DNA from: Amoebophrya sp. A120
Taxonomy: Eukaryota > Protista > Dinoflagellata
NCBI GenBank assembly: GCA_905178155.1
Contig: CAJINV010000001.1
Coordinates: 7,741,123 to 7,805,122, forward strand
Reading direction: 5' to 3'
DNA length: 64,000 nt
In this document: piece after piece, positions 37,001-52,256 of the stretch
How positions within the stretch are numbered: the stretch's first letter is position 1
How the letters are laid out: every line of letters starts with the position of its first letter
Program-made: the position numbers and the translations under genes
The notes under the pieces: model-generated
Told to the model about the DNA's origin: nothing
The model's input: the letters and a program-made list of their open reading frames with translations, nothing else
Database searches by the model: none

Positions 37001-37931
37001 GTAAATTTAGATTTCTGAATGCAAAAATCTTTTTCTCAGTCGAAAAGATCGAGCGATGCGGTAGATCTTAGCTAAATTTCCAAAACATGCGCGATGATGA
37101 TGAAATCCAGCACATCATCAGTACCATCCATCTCCAACATGGCCATGGCCAAACCTCGCACGTCTTCCGGAAGTTTCTGCGAGACTTGCAAAAAGCTCTC
37201 CTGCGCAACGGACCCGAACTTGCTTTGGTGTCTCTCGATGATTTGAATTGCTTTCTCTAAGGCCATTACTGATTCCTCGTAGTCCGCCTTTTCCAACAGG
37301 TACGCCTTATGCTCCTCCTCTCTGGTTTTGGTTGCCTTTTCCTTCTTCGCGTTTCTGTCCGCGATGGTGGCTTGCAGTTCTGCAATGTTCTCTGCTATTT
37401 CCTCCATGTCGGCGTATCAAATGCAAAAATGTCTGGGTCTGGAAGAGTCCGAAGTTGTGATGCACATTTCACAACACAGAAAAATCTCTCATGCACGGGT
37501 AGCGAAAGCTGCCCCCTTTCTCTCACCAAAGTGGGGGATTTGTCATGCGGATTCGACATTGCGGAAGCTTCTCGAAACCTGTAATGCTAGAACTTCCATG
37601 CCAGGCCTTCTGTGCCATGCAAAAACAGCATGACTCTTCCAGACCCAGACATTTTTACATTTGATACGGCGGCGGCTTGAGCAATGCTGGCTTCGAGGTC
37701 GGACTTCTGATCTTTCAACTCCCCGACAGAAACTGTGAGTGCATCCAACCGGTTTGTGCACCACTGATTTCTCGCGGACCACGCAACCTGTTCGTCCTTC
37801 ATCTCTTTTGTCCCGGCCTTGTGCATTTCGGTGAGGAGTTGTATTACTTTCCCAAGTTTCCCATCCTGCGCCCCCGCAACCACTGATGCAGACAGCGCCA
37901 GGAGTCTAAACCGCGACCCCCTGGCCCGCAT
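34088..37931 (-). CDS. Secreted, internally duplicated coiled-coil protein (dinoflagellate 'FLQ'-type; candidate extrusome matrix protein)
   Basis: Signal-peptide-like MRARGSRFRLLALSASVVAGA. Two homologous halves: GKVIQLLTEM...ESFLQ...TGGVLGILE and VKVKGMIKTM...MFLQ...ATGVLGILE. Five TIR elements and at least four GT-AG introns. Confidence 0.8.
35205..35354. mobile_element. Introner-like TIR element, class E (150 bp, TSD CTTTG/CGTTG)
   Basis: Left TATGCAGTGCAAAAGCATCGTAGTCGTA vs right reverse complement TATCCTGTGCAAAAGTATCGTACTCGTA. 4/5 direct repeat. Excision gives MKKY(N/K)AAADKY. Confidence 0.88.
35866..36117. mobile_element. Introner-like TIR element, class A (252 bp, TSD CTTGT)
   Basis: CTTGT at 35861-35865 and 36118-36122. 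Excision gives ELEALDK|AIEILGG. Reverse complement aligns end to end with element 1195-1446. Confidence 0.93.
36247..36455. mobile_element. Introner-like TIR element, class F (209 bp, TSD CACAC)
   Basis: Left TATCCCACGAAAAAACTGTTTCACTGTGA vs right reverse complement TATCGTGAGAAAAAACTGTTTCGCTGTGA. CACAC at 36242-36246 and 36456-36460. Excision gives EELLVVC|KDDLKD. Confidence 0.9.
36676..36927. mobile_element. Introner-like TIR element, class C (252 bp, TSD GCCAC)
   Basis: About 49-bp TIRs containing GTTACAATCTCAAACGTTACAATAGA. GCCAC at 36671-36675 and 36928-36932. Excision gives YEAKTGG|VLGILEK. Confidence 0.92.
37415..37666. mobile_element. Introner-like TIR element, class A (252 bp, TSD CGGCG)
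   Basis: CGGCG at 37410-37414 and 37667-37671. Excision gives IAQAAA|DMEEIAE. Reverse complement aligns with element 15641-15893. Confidence 0.93.
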
Positions 37932-39358
37932 CTTTAGGACTGTGTGCTTTATTCTAGAAACTTCGCACTATGGGTTCCAGTGCCGTAACCAAATCTAAGG
38001 GGACGATCCGATGGCGGGAGTGTCGATGTTGATCTTGGAACAGAGAGCTGGAAAAGCAACAAAATCACTTTAACACGTTGCGCAAAATGATCCAGGCAAA
38101 ACTTAGAGTTTTGGTGATCTCGTGTGAAGAACACGAGAAATGACTTGCGAAGTCGCGGATGTGCAAAGCGCTTCCAGCCCCTTTGCCATGCCGTCACCCA
38201 CTTCCCGTGATTTGGACAATAGCAGCTTCCACTTTGGGTACATTTGCAAGACAGCAACTCGCCGGGGAAACGAGGTAGGAGAAAAAAAACCTACCATATC
38301 CGCATCCCGAAAAAAAGTCCCTTGATTTGAAAAAAGCAATCAACAGAAAAATTCACAAGTTTTGCAAAATTGAGAAATCTAAATTTCTGGTCCTAATCGC
38401 AAAATAAAAACGTCTGGTAGAAGCAGCTATGGCAGCAGTGGTGTGCAATCAAACAAGATTCCGATATTTTTAGCATGAGATTTAAATAGTTTATTTCAAT
38501 GCGACTCAGTAGTATCGACTACAATATTCGCGATAGTGACTTTGACCGCCGCAAACGAGGCGACATACTGAATCACAAAAAAAAAGTAGAAGCTACCGCA
38601 ACCCGTGGAGTTTCAGTGACCCCAGTAAAAGATTGTTGTTTATTTGGCAGGTGTAGTGTAATGAAGATGAACTGATGAAAAGAAGAAATAGAAGCGCAAT
38701 AGATCCCAATTTAAAACTTTGCTCAACATACAGGATTATTTTGATTCTGATTGGCTTGCTCCGAACAACGCATCACTACTGATGCGCGTTGCTGACATGA
38801 AGTAAGAAGTTAAATCACATACAGACTTTGTGCTCTCAATAAATTACCCAAAAGAATAATTTGCAATATTATTTGGCTGATATCAAAGTTTCGCGGTCCA
38901 AATCTGTGTATAATTGAGGATAAATCTAAAAATCCGCAAATAGGAAGAGCCAAATCTGAAGTGTCGGCTTTGTCTCTGTGACTGTATCTATCTTTCTCAC
39001 ATCGACGAAAAAAAATCGTTTTCAGCTGCTGAAACAAAAAAAGTAGAATAACCTCCGGACGACGCGTTTTAGAATCAGTCCCAGCGTCGCTAAACCAGCT
39101 TTCGATCTGAATTGCAAACTAAAAATCTTCTGCAGACCGCACAGTCGGCAAGCAGCGTGCGATGCACAGAACTGCTACTGCTGCCAGCATAAAAATTGAA
39201 TACATCGAGAAAGTAACCATTCGGAGGTAGAAACTCCTGTAATGTAAGTGATTGTTTTTAGCAAGCTAAGAGAAAAGTCCAACATGCAGAGACTTCGAAA
39301 GAACAGATTTAAATCTACTTGGTCTTCCCGAGATTTTTATTCGGAAAGAGCCACCGAG

Positions 39359-43791
<4,433 letters not shown>

Positions 43792-44746
43792 TGATGGAAA
43801 ACGGCAGAAGAAGGGGAAGTTTTGTTGCTATTATTATCATCGTTATCTTCCTCCTGCTCGTATTTTCCGTGGCGTCTTGTGCGTTCGAATTCTTGTCTGG
43901 AAGTGGTGCTTTTCTCTGCTGCCACGAAGGAAGTGAAAACGAAGGAAATGTCCTCGTTCAAAGTTAAGATTTTTGCCGGCTCGTTTTCGTGGTCAGCACG
44001 AAAGAAGTCGGCAGAGCGCGCTCTTGCGCATGAAGTGATACTAGCACAGGTTCTCGTACCACCACGACGCGCCAGAAGTATTCACGTTTTTTTCTCTTGT
44101 CTTCCACTAGAAATCGTTCATCATACAAGGGAATGGCTACTTCTATATTAGGCTACTTCATTTCGACGCTCTTGATTGATTCAAAGCCACTTGAAGAACT
44201 TTTGTTCTTCTTCCACATCATCATGTGCCAGGACTTCTTCGTATTCCGTACTCGTACTACGCGAATTCTAGGCGCGAATCGCCTCCTCTTAGAACTAAAT
44301 GGAACATATTGAATCAGTCACCAGCCTCACTTATTTTATGGCCCACGAGGAGATAACATAGGATTAGGAATAACACACGAAGCTGGAAGCACCTTTTTTC
44401 ACTAGCAACGGGCAACTTTTTCACTAACACACACCTTTTGAAACTTTGCTTTGTCACACACATCGAGTCTTACGTTCGCACACAAGAGACGAGAAGATAA
44501 CAAAACTGTTTGACACTTTCAACATACCGGTTTGCGCTTTCTCTCACCTCCAAGCACCATTTGAATTATTCACGCACACACCACGTTGTCTGGGGGTTAA
44601 GACAGAACAACTACGACAGCTTTATGGAGACGGAGACCACAGATGTTAGTGTTACACATAGGAAAACAACAAGACCGTCCGTTGACAGCATTGACTTTAT
44701 CTACGATAGGCTGGTCGGCTTTTCTAGTCGAAAGGAAACGCCTGAA

Positions 44747-47700
44747 TTATGCCGATAGAGTTTGGTTCACGTTATCGATATCTATGACGGCGCAAGCTTG
44801 GTCGATGTTGATAATTCTTATGCCTAACTGCTGAAGCTCGTGTGTCATCTCGTGTACCAGTCTAGAGCTGAGCTGTGCGGAATAGTGAAATCCAGTGGCG
44901 GATGAGACGACCCCTTCTGGTTCCCTTCTGTCGAGATCGCGATGATCTGAGGTGAAACAACTACTAGTATCAAAGCCGAGATCAAGAATAGTACTCGTGC
45001 TGGCATCCTGTTCTGCCATCTCGGTGAGGGCTTCCCGCTGGAGCGAGACCTGCGCGAAATCAGTGCTCCAGCGGGCGAAAAAACCTCTTCCTGCAGTTCC
45101 ATTTCGCTCCGCCACGGCCTGCTCCTCCCACCGTGCCAGGGCCTCTTCCACTTGATCTCTTCGGAGCAGCAGCAAATGCCGTAATCTGCTTTTCCAGAAA
45201 CGGGCCCGTAACCGCGAGGGAAGAAACAAAGCTAGACCGCCGGATTCTCGTTCGACGAATTGGCCTTCTGAGACGAACATGATGCCAACGCCGGCGGCGG
45301 AATGGCAGTACTCCAGTTCATACAGCGAGGATGTGGCTCCGCTAGATTCGCCGCCAGTCTGATCAACCAACACGTTGTCTTTCGGAAGAAACCAAAAGCC
45401 AAGCTCGATGCAGCCCGTCGGGTTACTTTCGCTTTCTGACACCAGATCAGGAGAACGCACTGCACTGGTTGTTCCAGTCTGCAGCATCCGAAAAATGTCG
45501 GAGACAGGAAGATCTGCAAGGATTTTTGCAAAATCGTATACCACACCACCGCCGCGGATCCGCTCCGTGCGCGTCTTTTGTGCTTTTGCCGTTGCCAACA
45601 TGGCTTCAAAAGCATTTGACAATGGAGATATTAAGTCATTTGGCTGCACTAGCGGACAAACCTGGCCTGCTTCGCTGGTCTCGACGTCCTTTACGTCGAG
45701 CTGCTCAAAAGTTTCTTCTGCGGTTTCCAACATTTTTGCTACGGCATCGCGACCGTTGTTTTCTTCCGCAGCAGGCACCGCATCTCCGTGATTGACCTCC
45801 GAGAGGATATGTTGCTGCGGACGACGTGCACTTTCCTCTAGCAGAGGTCGTCCTACTTCTACAGGGCCATCTTCTTCTCCACCTTCTTCCACCGCAGGAA
45901 CCTGCGCTCGCAAGAACTCGCTGCTTCTTTCCTGAATTTTCTCTGGAAGATCCAACACCGCTTCCGCCAGCACCTGTGCTTCCTTTGTACGCTCGACGAA
46001 GTCTCGCTCTCCGAGCGTGCATTTTCTGACGAGAAAGTCGGCGAGGGCTTGAAATCTCCGCCGTTTTTCGTTTTCAGGGGTATCATCTTCCCGCCCGGCA
46101 TTTCCCGCTAGCAGGTCCAGTGCACTCATCGCCCGCAACAGTACTCCCGCCTGTTCCGCACGGATTCGTAGCTTGACGTGGGACTTCTCCTGTAGATACA
46201 ACTCCGATGTGCTGGTGGTTCTCTCGAGAGATGTTTTTTCATGATCAGTTGTTGAAGGCAGCAGCGCTACTGTTGCGACAGCATCCTCAGACCTTGTTCC
46301 ATCCTCAGCTTCGTCTACCAAGGGGAGCATTTGGCTCAACACCCGTTCGGTGACTCGGACACTGTGGACGCCCATGAAAGCGAAAGCATCCATTAACCGG
46401 ACCGCTTGCGGCACTGTGAGGCGGTAGTGCTCTTTGACAAAGAGCGGCACCAGTGGGAACGTGTTGACAGCAAGGCATTCCCGCGCAGCGCAAGCGAACT
46501 CGACGACGTCTTTCGGCTTGTCAAAAATGGTAGAAATTTTCGGCAGATTCAGCTGCACGAGCGTCTCGAAGAACTCGTTCCGCTCCACGAGTCGCCGTCG
46601 CGGGTTCCCTAGAAGGAATAATGAGTCCTTCAGTTCCGAACTAGACAAACTTTCCTCGTTGCCTTCGATCCTGCGTATCATCTCTTGAAATCCCGGCTTC
46701 AGGCACATTTCCTTCCGTCTTTTCGAAACCGTCCAGTGCGAGGCGAGAATCTTCATGCAGTCGAGGATCTGGCCGACACGGGGAATTCGTTCCACCAGAG
46801 CGGCAAACCCGTTCCTGAAGACATTTGCGACTTTGCTATTTTCGTCCAAAACCGGGCTGCGAACCGTCTTCGTGTTGTCGTACAGCCGATAAATCTGGTC
46901 GAAGGATTGGAGCAGGGCGAGGTACTTCGGAGGTTCGAGTTGAGTTAGATCCGTTTTTCCACATTTTTCAAGCAATTCCACGCGGACAGGCTTCGGCAGC
47001 GTTGGCAGGGATAAATCCTGCCACGCGAGCAACGGCAAAGCTAAGTCGTTCATGGAGGATATGCGGAGCATCCGCCCCGCTTTTCCACCAAGACGCTGCA
47101 AACAGGCTTTCGCGATTTTGCTTTCGTGCACGCAGTTGTTTTCCTGCTGATATGGTCGTGCTGCCATTGGTATTCGCACACCGACAGTCGTCGAAGCAGA
47201 GGATGACATTGCCCCCGCGGTTGTTGATTCAAAAGCCCTTTTGTAAAGCGCAAAGCTGAGCAACAGCTCCTGCCGGACAGTTTCAGTTGCTAGTGGTATA
47301 CGATGGTAAAGCCAAGTGCAGCATTCCAAAAAAGCTTTCCGGTCCAGGACACTGCATTTCGCATGGTAGAAAAACACAGTGCTGAGTGCAGAGGTGCTCA
47401 TCGTTGGCAAAACTTCCTCCAAGGCAGCGACATACTTTTCCATGTCAAGTTCTACGGCAGGTGTCATGGCGGATGATCTTGACGATGAAACAAGTGCAGG
47501 ATTCAGCGCTGCAAACTTTATCCCGATCTGCTTCTGTGCTTCTATTATCACGCGCCAAAAGTCGAGCAGACTCTCTTCCACAATACGATCTGTTGCGGAG
47601 ATCGTACCACTCACGCCGGTTTTCCGCCCATTTTTCCGCTCCTGCTCCTTGACACTACGCGGTAGCCCCAAAACGCAAGACAGCGATGGTGGAGCTCTGG

Positions 47701-49147
47701 GATTCTGGTCGACGTCGAGACGCTTGTTTGCATGCGGCAGATCCTCACCATCGGCGTCTATGATTAAGGACTGCGCCCCAGCAGCTAACTCAGCGTCTGG
47801 ATCATGCCCGTGGTTCTGCATAATTTCCACTGTTGATTGCAGGAGCCTTTCCAGCAGTATTTGTTTTGCGTCACGCGGCTCTTCATGCTTCGCTAGGGCA
47901 TCTACATCGGCGTCTGCGGTGTAAACCTTCAGACGAAGTGGCCGACGTGCCTCAATCAGCAGAGCATGCGGATACTTGATCACCGCTGGTGCGAACACTT
48001 TGTTTCGGAAAGGGGCTGTTAAGTCCGAAAGCCGTTCGCTCCCTAGCAGCTCCTGCACAAGCGTTCTGACAACATGGATTCCGTCCCTACTTGCGCCCTG
48101 GATTGCTAAAACAGCAACCAGCATCTGAGCTAGGGTCTCAGTGTCATGCTGCTCTTTTGTCCCCACGACGTCGCGGACCAGACCAAGTACCCGTGGGTCC
48201 TTCTGCAAAATTGTGCGGAAAGTGTCTCGAAATTCCATGAAAGACTCTTGCGCGGGGGGCGAATTATTACCGTCAGCCTGCTCCTGTTGTGACGCCGCCT
48301 GGTTGCTATCTTCCTGCTCCGCGTCTTCGCAAATCGCATCGTTCTCCGCCACTTCTAAACGCGCCGCTTCAACAGCAGACGGATGCACAAGCTCCAGCAC
48401 GTGCTCGTGTGCTTCGAAAAAGTGATGTGACACCGCCTGGTAGAGGAGGGAGACGCGGGCACGCACTTTTTTTTGCTCCATCGCCATTTCCAGATTCGAG
48501 TGAAAGCCGTCCAACGCCCTACCTCTCCTTTCCTCTGCAACTCGCTCCTCTTCCAGAAATTTCTCGGCCGCTTCTCTCTCCTGCACCGCAGCGACTGGGT
48601 CCGGGTTTTCGCAGGCTGCCGAAGGGTCGAAAGTTGGAGGAGACGAGTGCGCTGAAACAAGTTGGTCGCTTCGGCCGTTATTTCGTGGTACGGTCAGCAT
48701 GTTCTTTGTTGATCGACCGGGCAAAAGTAATTCAGATGGCGCTGGTGATACTGCTTCAGTCCCCCCGGGTGCTAACAGTTTCTGACTGCTAGTCGATGCC
48801 GACGAGCCTCCTTCTCTTATCCTCAAATCCCTCCCAGCAGCGGTAGCCGCAAAAGATGGAACTACTGGATTTTCTCGGAGCGATTCCTTCGCCTGTCTGC
48901 AGAATTGCAGCGACTGCCGCATTTTTTGCCTCAGCACGAACTTCTCCTGTCGTGTCAAGGTTCGCGGTAAGTCGAATGCCAGTTCTTCGTCCCTGCCACG
49001 CTCTGCCTGTTTTTTTGCGTCCCTCGTTGCTCGCCGCCAGGGTAAAACACCAGGCGGTGTTTTGCTCTTCGGTACCGATGCACCATGAGAGGCTGGCTTT
49101 CGTGCGGTGGCGGCTGCAGAGTGCTTTCTTAGTAGAGAACTCTTCAT
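44747..49147 (-). CDS. Large intronless helical protein of unknown function (possible RAP-like organellar RNA-binding protein)
   Basis: Uninterrupted 1466-codon ORF with a basic N-terminus, Leu-rich helical middle and a C-terminal ...ELQQLGIRIINID reminiscent of RAP-domain ends. The family call is weak. Confidence 0.7.
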   Translation of the reverse strand: MKSSLLRKHSAAATARKPASHGASVPKSKTPPGVLPWRRATRDAKKQAERGRDEELAFDLPRTLTRQEKFVLRQKMRQSLQFCRQAKESLRENPVVPSFAATAAGRDLRIREGGSSASTSSQKLLAPGGTEAVSPAPSELLLPGRSTKNMLTVPRNNGRSDQLVSAHSSPPTFDPSAACENPDPVAAVQEREAAEKFLEEERVAEERRGRALDGFHSNLEMAMEQKKVRARVSLLYQAVSHHFFEAHEHVLELVHPSAVEAARLEVAENDAICEDAEQEDSNQAASQQEQADGNNSPPAQESFMEFRDTFRTILQKDPRVLGLVRDVVGTKEQHDTETLAQMLVAVLAIQGASRDGIHVVRTLVQELLGSERLSDLTAPFRNKVFAPAVIKYPHALLIEARRPLRLKVYTADADVDALAKHEEPRDAKQILLERLLQSTVEIMQNHGHDPDAELAAGAQSLIIDADGEDLPHANKRLDVDQNPRAPPSLSCVLGLPRSVKEQERKNGRKTGVSGTISATDRIVEESLLDFWRVIIEAQKQIGIKFAALNPALVSSSRSSAMTPAVELDMEKYVAALEEVLPTMSTSALSTVFFYHAKCSVLDRKAFLECCTWLYHRIPLATETVRQELLLSFALYKRAFESTTAGAMSSSASTTVGVRIPMAARPYQQENNCVHESKIAKACLQRLGGKAGRMLRISSMNDLALPLLAWQDLSLPTLPKPVRVELLEKCGKTDLTQLEPPKYLALLQSFDQIYRLYDNTKTVRSPVLDENSKVANVFRNGFAALVERIPRVGQILDCMKILASHWTVSKRRKEMCLKPGFQEMIRRIEGNEESLSSSELKDSLFLLGNPRRRLVERNEFFETLVQLNLPKISTIFDKPKDVVEFACAARECLAVNTFPLVPLFVKEHYRLTVPQAVRLMDAFAFMGVHSVRVTERVLSQMLPLVDEAEDGTRSEDAVATVALLPSTTDHEKTSLERTTSTSELYLQEKSHVKLRIRAEQAGVLLRAMSALDLLAGNAGREDDTPENEKRRRFQALADFLVRKCTLGERDFVERTKEAQVLAEAVLDLPEKIQERSSEFLRAQVPAVEEGGEEDGPVEVGRPLLEESARRPQQHILSEVNHGDAVPAAEENNGRDAVAKMLETAEETFEQLDVKDVETSEAGQVCPLVQPNDLISPLSNAFEAMLATAKAQKTRTERIRGGGVVYDFAKILADLPVSDIFRMLQTGTTSAVRSPDLVSESESNPTGCIELGFWFLPKDNVLVDQTGGESSGATSSLYELEYCHSAAGVGIMFVSEGQFVERESGGLALFLPSRLRARFWKSRLRHLLLLRRDQVEEALARWEEQAVAERNGTAGRGFFARWSTDFAQVSLQREALTEMAEQDASTSTILDLGFDTSSCFTSDHRDLDRREPEGVVSSATGFHYSAQLSSRLVHEMTHELQQLGIRIINIDQACAVIDIDNVNQTLSA

Positions 49148-49770
49148 TTTCTGTATCGGATGGTAGTAAATGTCGGCATCATCTAATTTAAATTTATCAG
49201 TACATCAGCGAGTCATTCCCCCGTCGGCACAATGTGTAGGACAACATGTGCGATTTTTGTTTGAAAATAGCGCTCCGGCCGGGCCTCGCATCTTCTCAGC
49301 AACCAAGCAATGGAACCGCCAAAAAAATGCTTTCTTCTTTTTCCGCGAAACCGAATCACGAGAACTGGGATCAACGAACTTCGAATCACGAGAACAACCG
49401 GCTGGGAACGCACAAACAAATCACGTATGGACAAAACGACCTGAGTCTCATCAGAAGCTGTTCACGACACGTACCGAAGTTCCGCAAGACGCGAGGAATG
49501 TCTAACGTTTGACTTGGAAGGATCTGATCTCCAGCTTTGAAGACACAGCGATCTTCATCATCATCATCATTTCGTTTCGCAGTAGTGTGGATCGATCATG
49601 TGAACAGTGAGGAAAAGCGTTGGCACACGAGTTGAAATGGACTTTTCGCCTGTAACTCTGTGGATATAATTTTTGCTTTCAAAAGTAAAATTGCATCGAA
49701 ATCGCGTCGGTCATCGTCAGGCATTTTTCGATCATTCGTGTGAAGTTTCTGCAAACAGACCTCTCACATT

Positions 49771-51337
49771 TTAGCGCCCTTTGTCGCGTTGTCGCACTTT
49801 CCGCTGGTTTCTGGTGCGGACACCCAGACCCTTTCGCAGTCGTTTCCGTGGTGCTTCCAACTTCGGGTTCAGCTTGAGTTCGCGCTCCGGGAAGGCAACT
49901 GTGATGGAGTTGTTTGTGAGGCAATGAAGTGTGCGCACGAAATCTTGTTTATAGAAGGATCTTCTTCGTGCCAGCAACAGCGGGTGAAAGTGAAATTGCA
50001 AATCTATCAAAAATCCGGAAAAAATCAAGAATACCTTCTTCCACAGGCAGATCTTTGTCCTTCAGCTGCTTGACGATGGTCATGAGAGTTTGCCGCTTGT
50101 GCGCAATGAGTTCCTCGTCCGTGGCGATCGAAAAGAATTCCTCTGCGACCGGCTTTCGCATGTGCTCCGGTAATTTCGCAGAGAACACCTCTTTCACGAC
50201 GGTCTTCAAGAAAGAGTCCGAAAATGACGGATCCGCGAGAATCTGCATCCAGGGTTCCAGCAAATGCATCGTCGTCTCTTCCTCGTTGATAGGTGTTTGG
50301 GTTGATGCCTTTTCGGACTGTTCCTCAGCTCTATTTTCCTTGTTTTGTTCCCTCTTCTTCCTCTCCGCAGCGAACGTCTGAGTCAGTTCGTCCCAGAAGC
50401 AAGCGGCGACCTGCTGTGCGAAGCCCGGGTTGAAAGTGCTTTCGAGGCAAAGGGGGGCGAAGGAGAGCATGGAGGAGTTGCATTCTTCCACAAGGTCTTC
50501 GTCGAAGTTGTGGGAAGCGAGGACAGCGAACATCTCCGCAAGCTGGATGCGAACCTGTGGAAATGAAAAATGCGTTGCAGATAGGATAGGAGTCAGTAAT
50601 CGAGGTAAGAAAAAGGTAGAGAGTTTCGAGTTCGATTTGAGTTTGAAGTAAGTACTCAAAGAAAACTTTGAAAAAAAAAACACTCTTACCATCAGCAAAA
50701 ACTTGTTCATTCGCCAGGTATCCAGTTTTGGCCACTCGGTTTGAAAGACTTCGAAGAAGGACGCGAACCAGAGCGGGAGCTTTTCCGTCGCGATGCTCCT
50801 GGTCAGCTGCGCAATGTGCACGGACAGCGCCTGCTGCACCGGTTTCTTGTCGCTCATCCAAAGGCAGTAAAACAGCGCCCGCCAGAGCTTGACGAAGTCC
50901 AATTCCGTCAATTTCTCCCCCTTCTTCTTCAACCACTTTTGTAAACTTTTGAAGCCCTTGTCCCGCACGGATTTTTCGCAGTGAGACAGTTTCGTCGCGA
51001 ACGCGGTGTGGTTGGTGCTGGCTTCTTCTATTTCTTTTTCCGCCTCTGCGTCGTCTGCCTGCTGCTGTGCCAGATTTTCTTCGTCAGCATCTTCCTGGTC
51101 GTTTTCCTCTGAGTTTTCAAACACATCGGCTTCCCTTCTCTTCTCCCGGTTGACAATTTCGGGTAGTCGCTTTTGGATCAATTTATGGATCTTCTCCTTT
51201 TGCGGTCGGTTTTGTTTCGCCAAAACCCTTTTTCCACCCTTTCGGTTCGGCCCGGACTTTTTTCCACCAGTCCTCTTCTGGGCGGCCTTCTTCTGGGCCC
51301 GCTTGCTGTTCTGCTTCTTCTTCGCGTTCTTCGGCAT
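49771..51337 (-). CDS. RRP1: Ribosomal RNA processing protein RRP1/Nop52
   Basis: FATKLSHCEKSVRDKG, FVKLWRALFYCLWMSDKKPVQQAL, EWPKLDTWRMNKFLLMVR. In-frame GT-AG intron ~50556-50690. Last exon in frame of ORF 49771..50028. Confidence 0.9.
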
Positions 51338-52256
51338 TTTGAGGAAGTCTAGGAAGAAGAATAAGATGAAAGAAACAAAAATCTAAGTTTCTCTGATGGA
51401 CTTGAAAGAAAAGGCAGCTCCTTCAGTCGCTACACTTTCTCATCTATATTCCAATCCACATTGATGATCAGACTCGATTTACGAAAAATTATCTAGAAGG
51501 GTACGGTTACTTAAACCTCCTGAATGAGTAGAACTCACAAGAAAATCAGTTCGTTTGTAACACAAGCAGCTTCTAAGTAGGTTCGAGGCTTTCGTTACGT
51601 GATACAGATTCGGGATTGCCAGATCAGCGTGTCAATTTTGTCTGATCAACCATTTTGATCCTTTTGTGACCCTTTTTGTGGATCTTTTGGCCTTGTGGTA
51701 CTGGAACTGAAGTAGAAATCACATCCTTTGAGCCTAGGCGAATCTCAACTTTATCGCGGAAGGAAATTGATCTGTTACAACAATGCAGGTGTCGGATCAC
51801 AAACAAGAATTAGTGGACACTTGTCCGTTTTGTAAGATCAAGACCATCGCGATGTCTCGGCTCGATTCTATTACGCAGCATTGCTGGTAACACATGGGCC
51901 GGCTTGCATGAACGAGCCCAGGCACAGGCACTAAAGACAAAGAACAAGATACTTACTTGCTTTTTGGGAAAGTCACTATCCCATCGAGATCTATACAATC
52001 ACGTGCACAGGCAAAGAAATGTGAAAAGGGACGGTGGTAGAAAAGATTGAACAGAACCGGAGAAACTCGATCAGGGGCTCTTTCAAGAACCCGTAGCTCT
52101 AAGTGGCAGACCTATTCGAAAACCTTCCGACGTCCTCTTTTATGTTTTCCACTTCCACAGCGTCTGGGTACATTAGGAAATAATCGTCCCATTCTGAATC
52201 AGTATATCCCACAACATCCCCGCACCTCTCGTATTCTGGTCCTCGCTCTGGACGCC

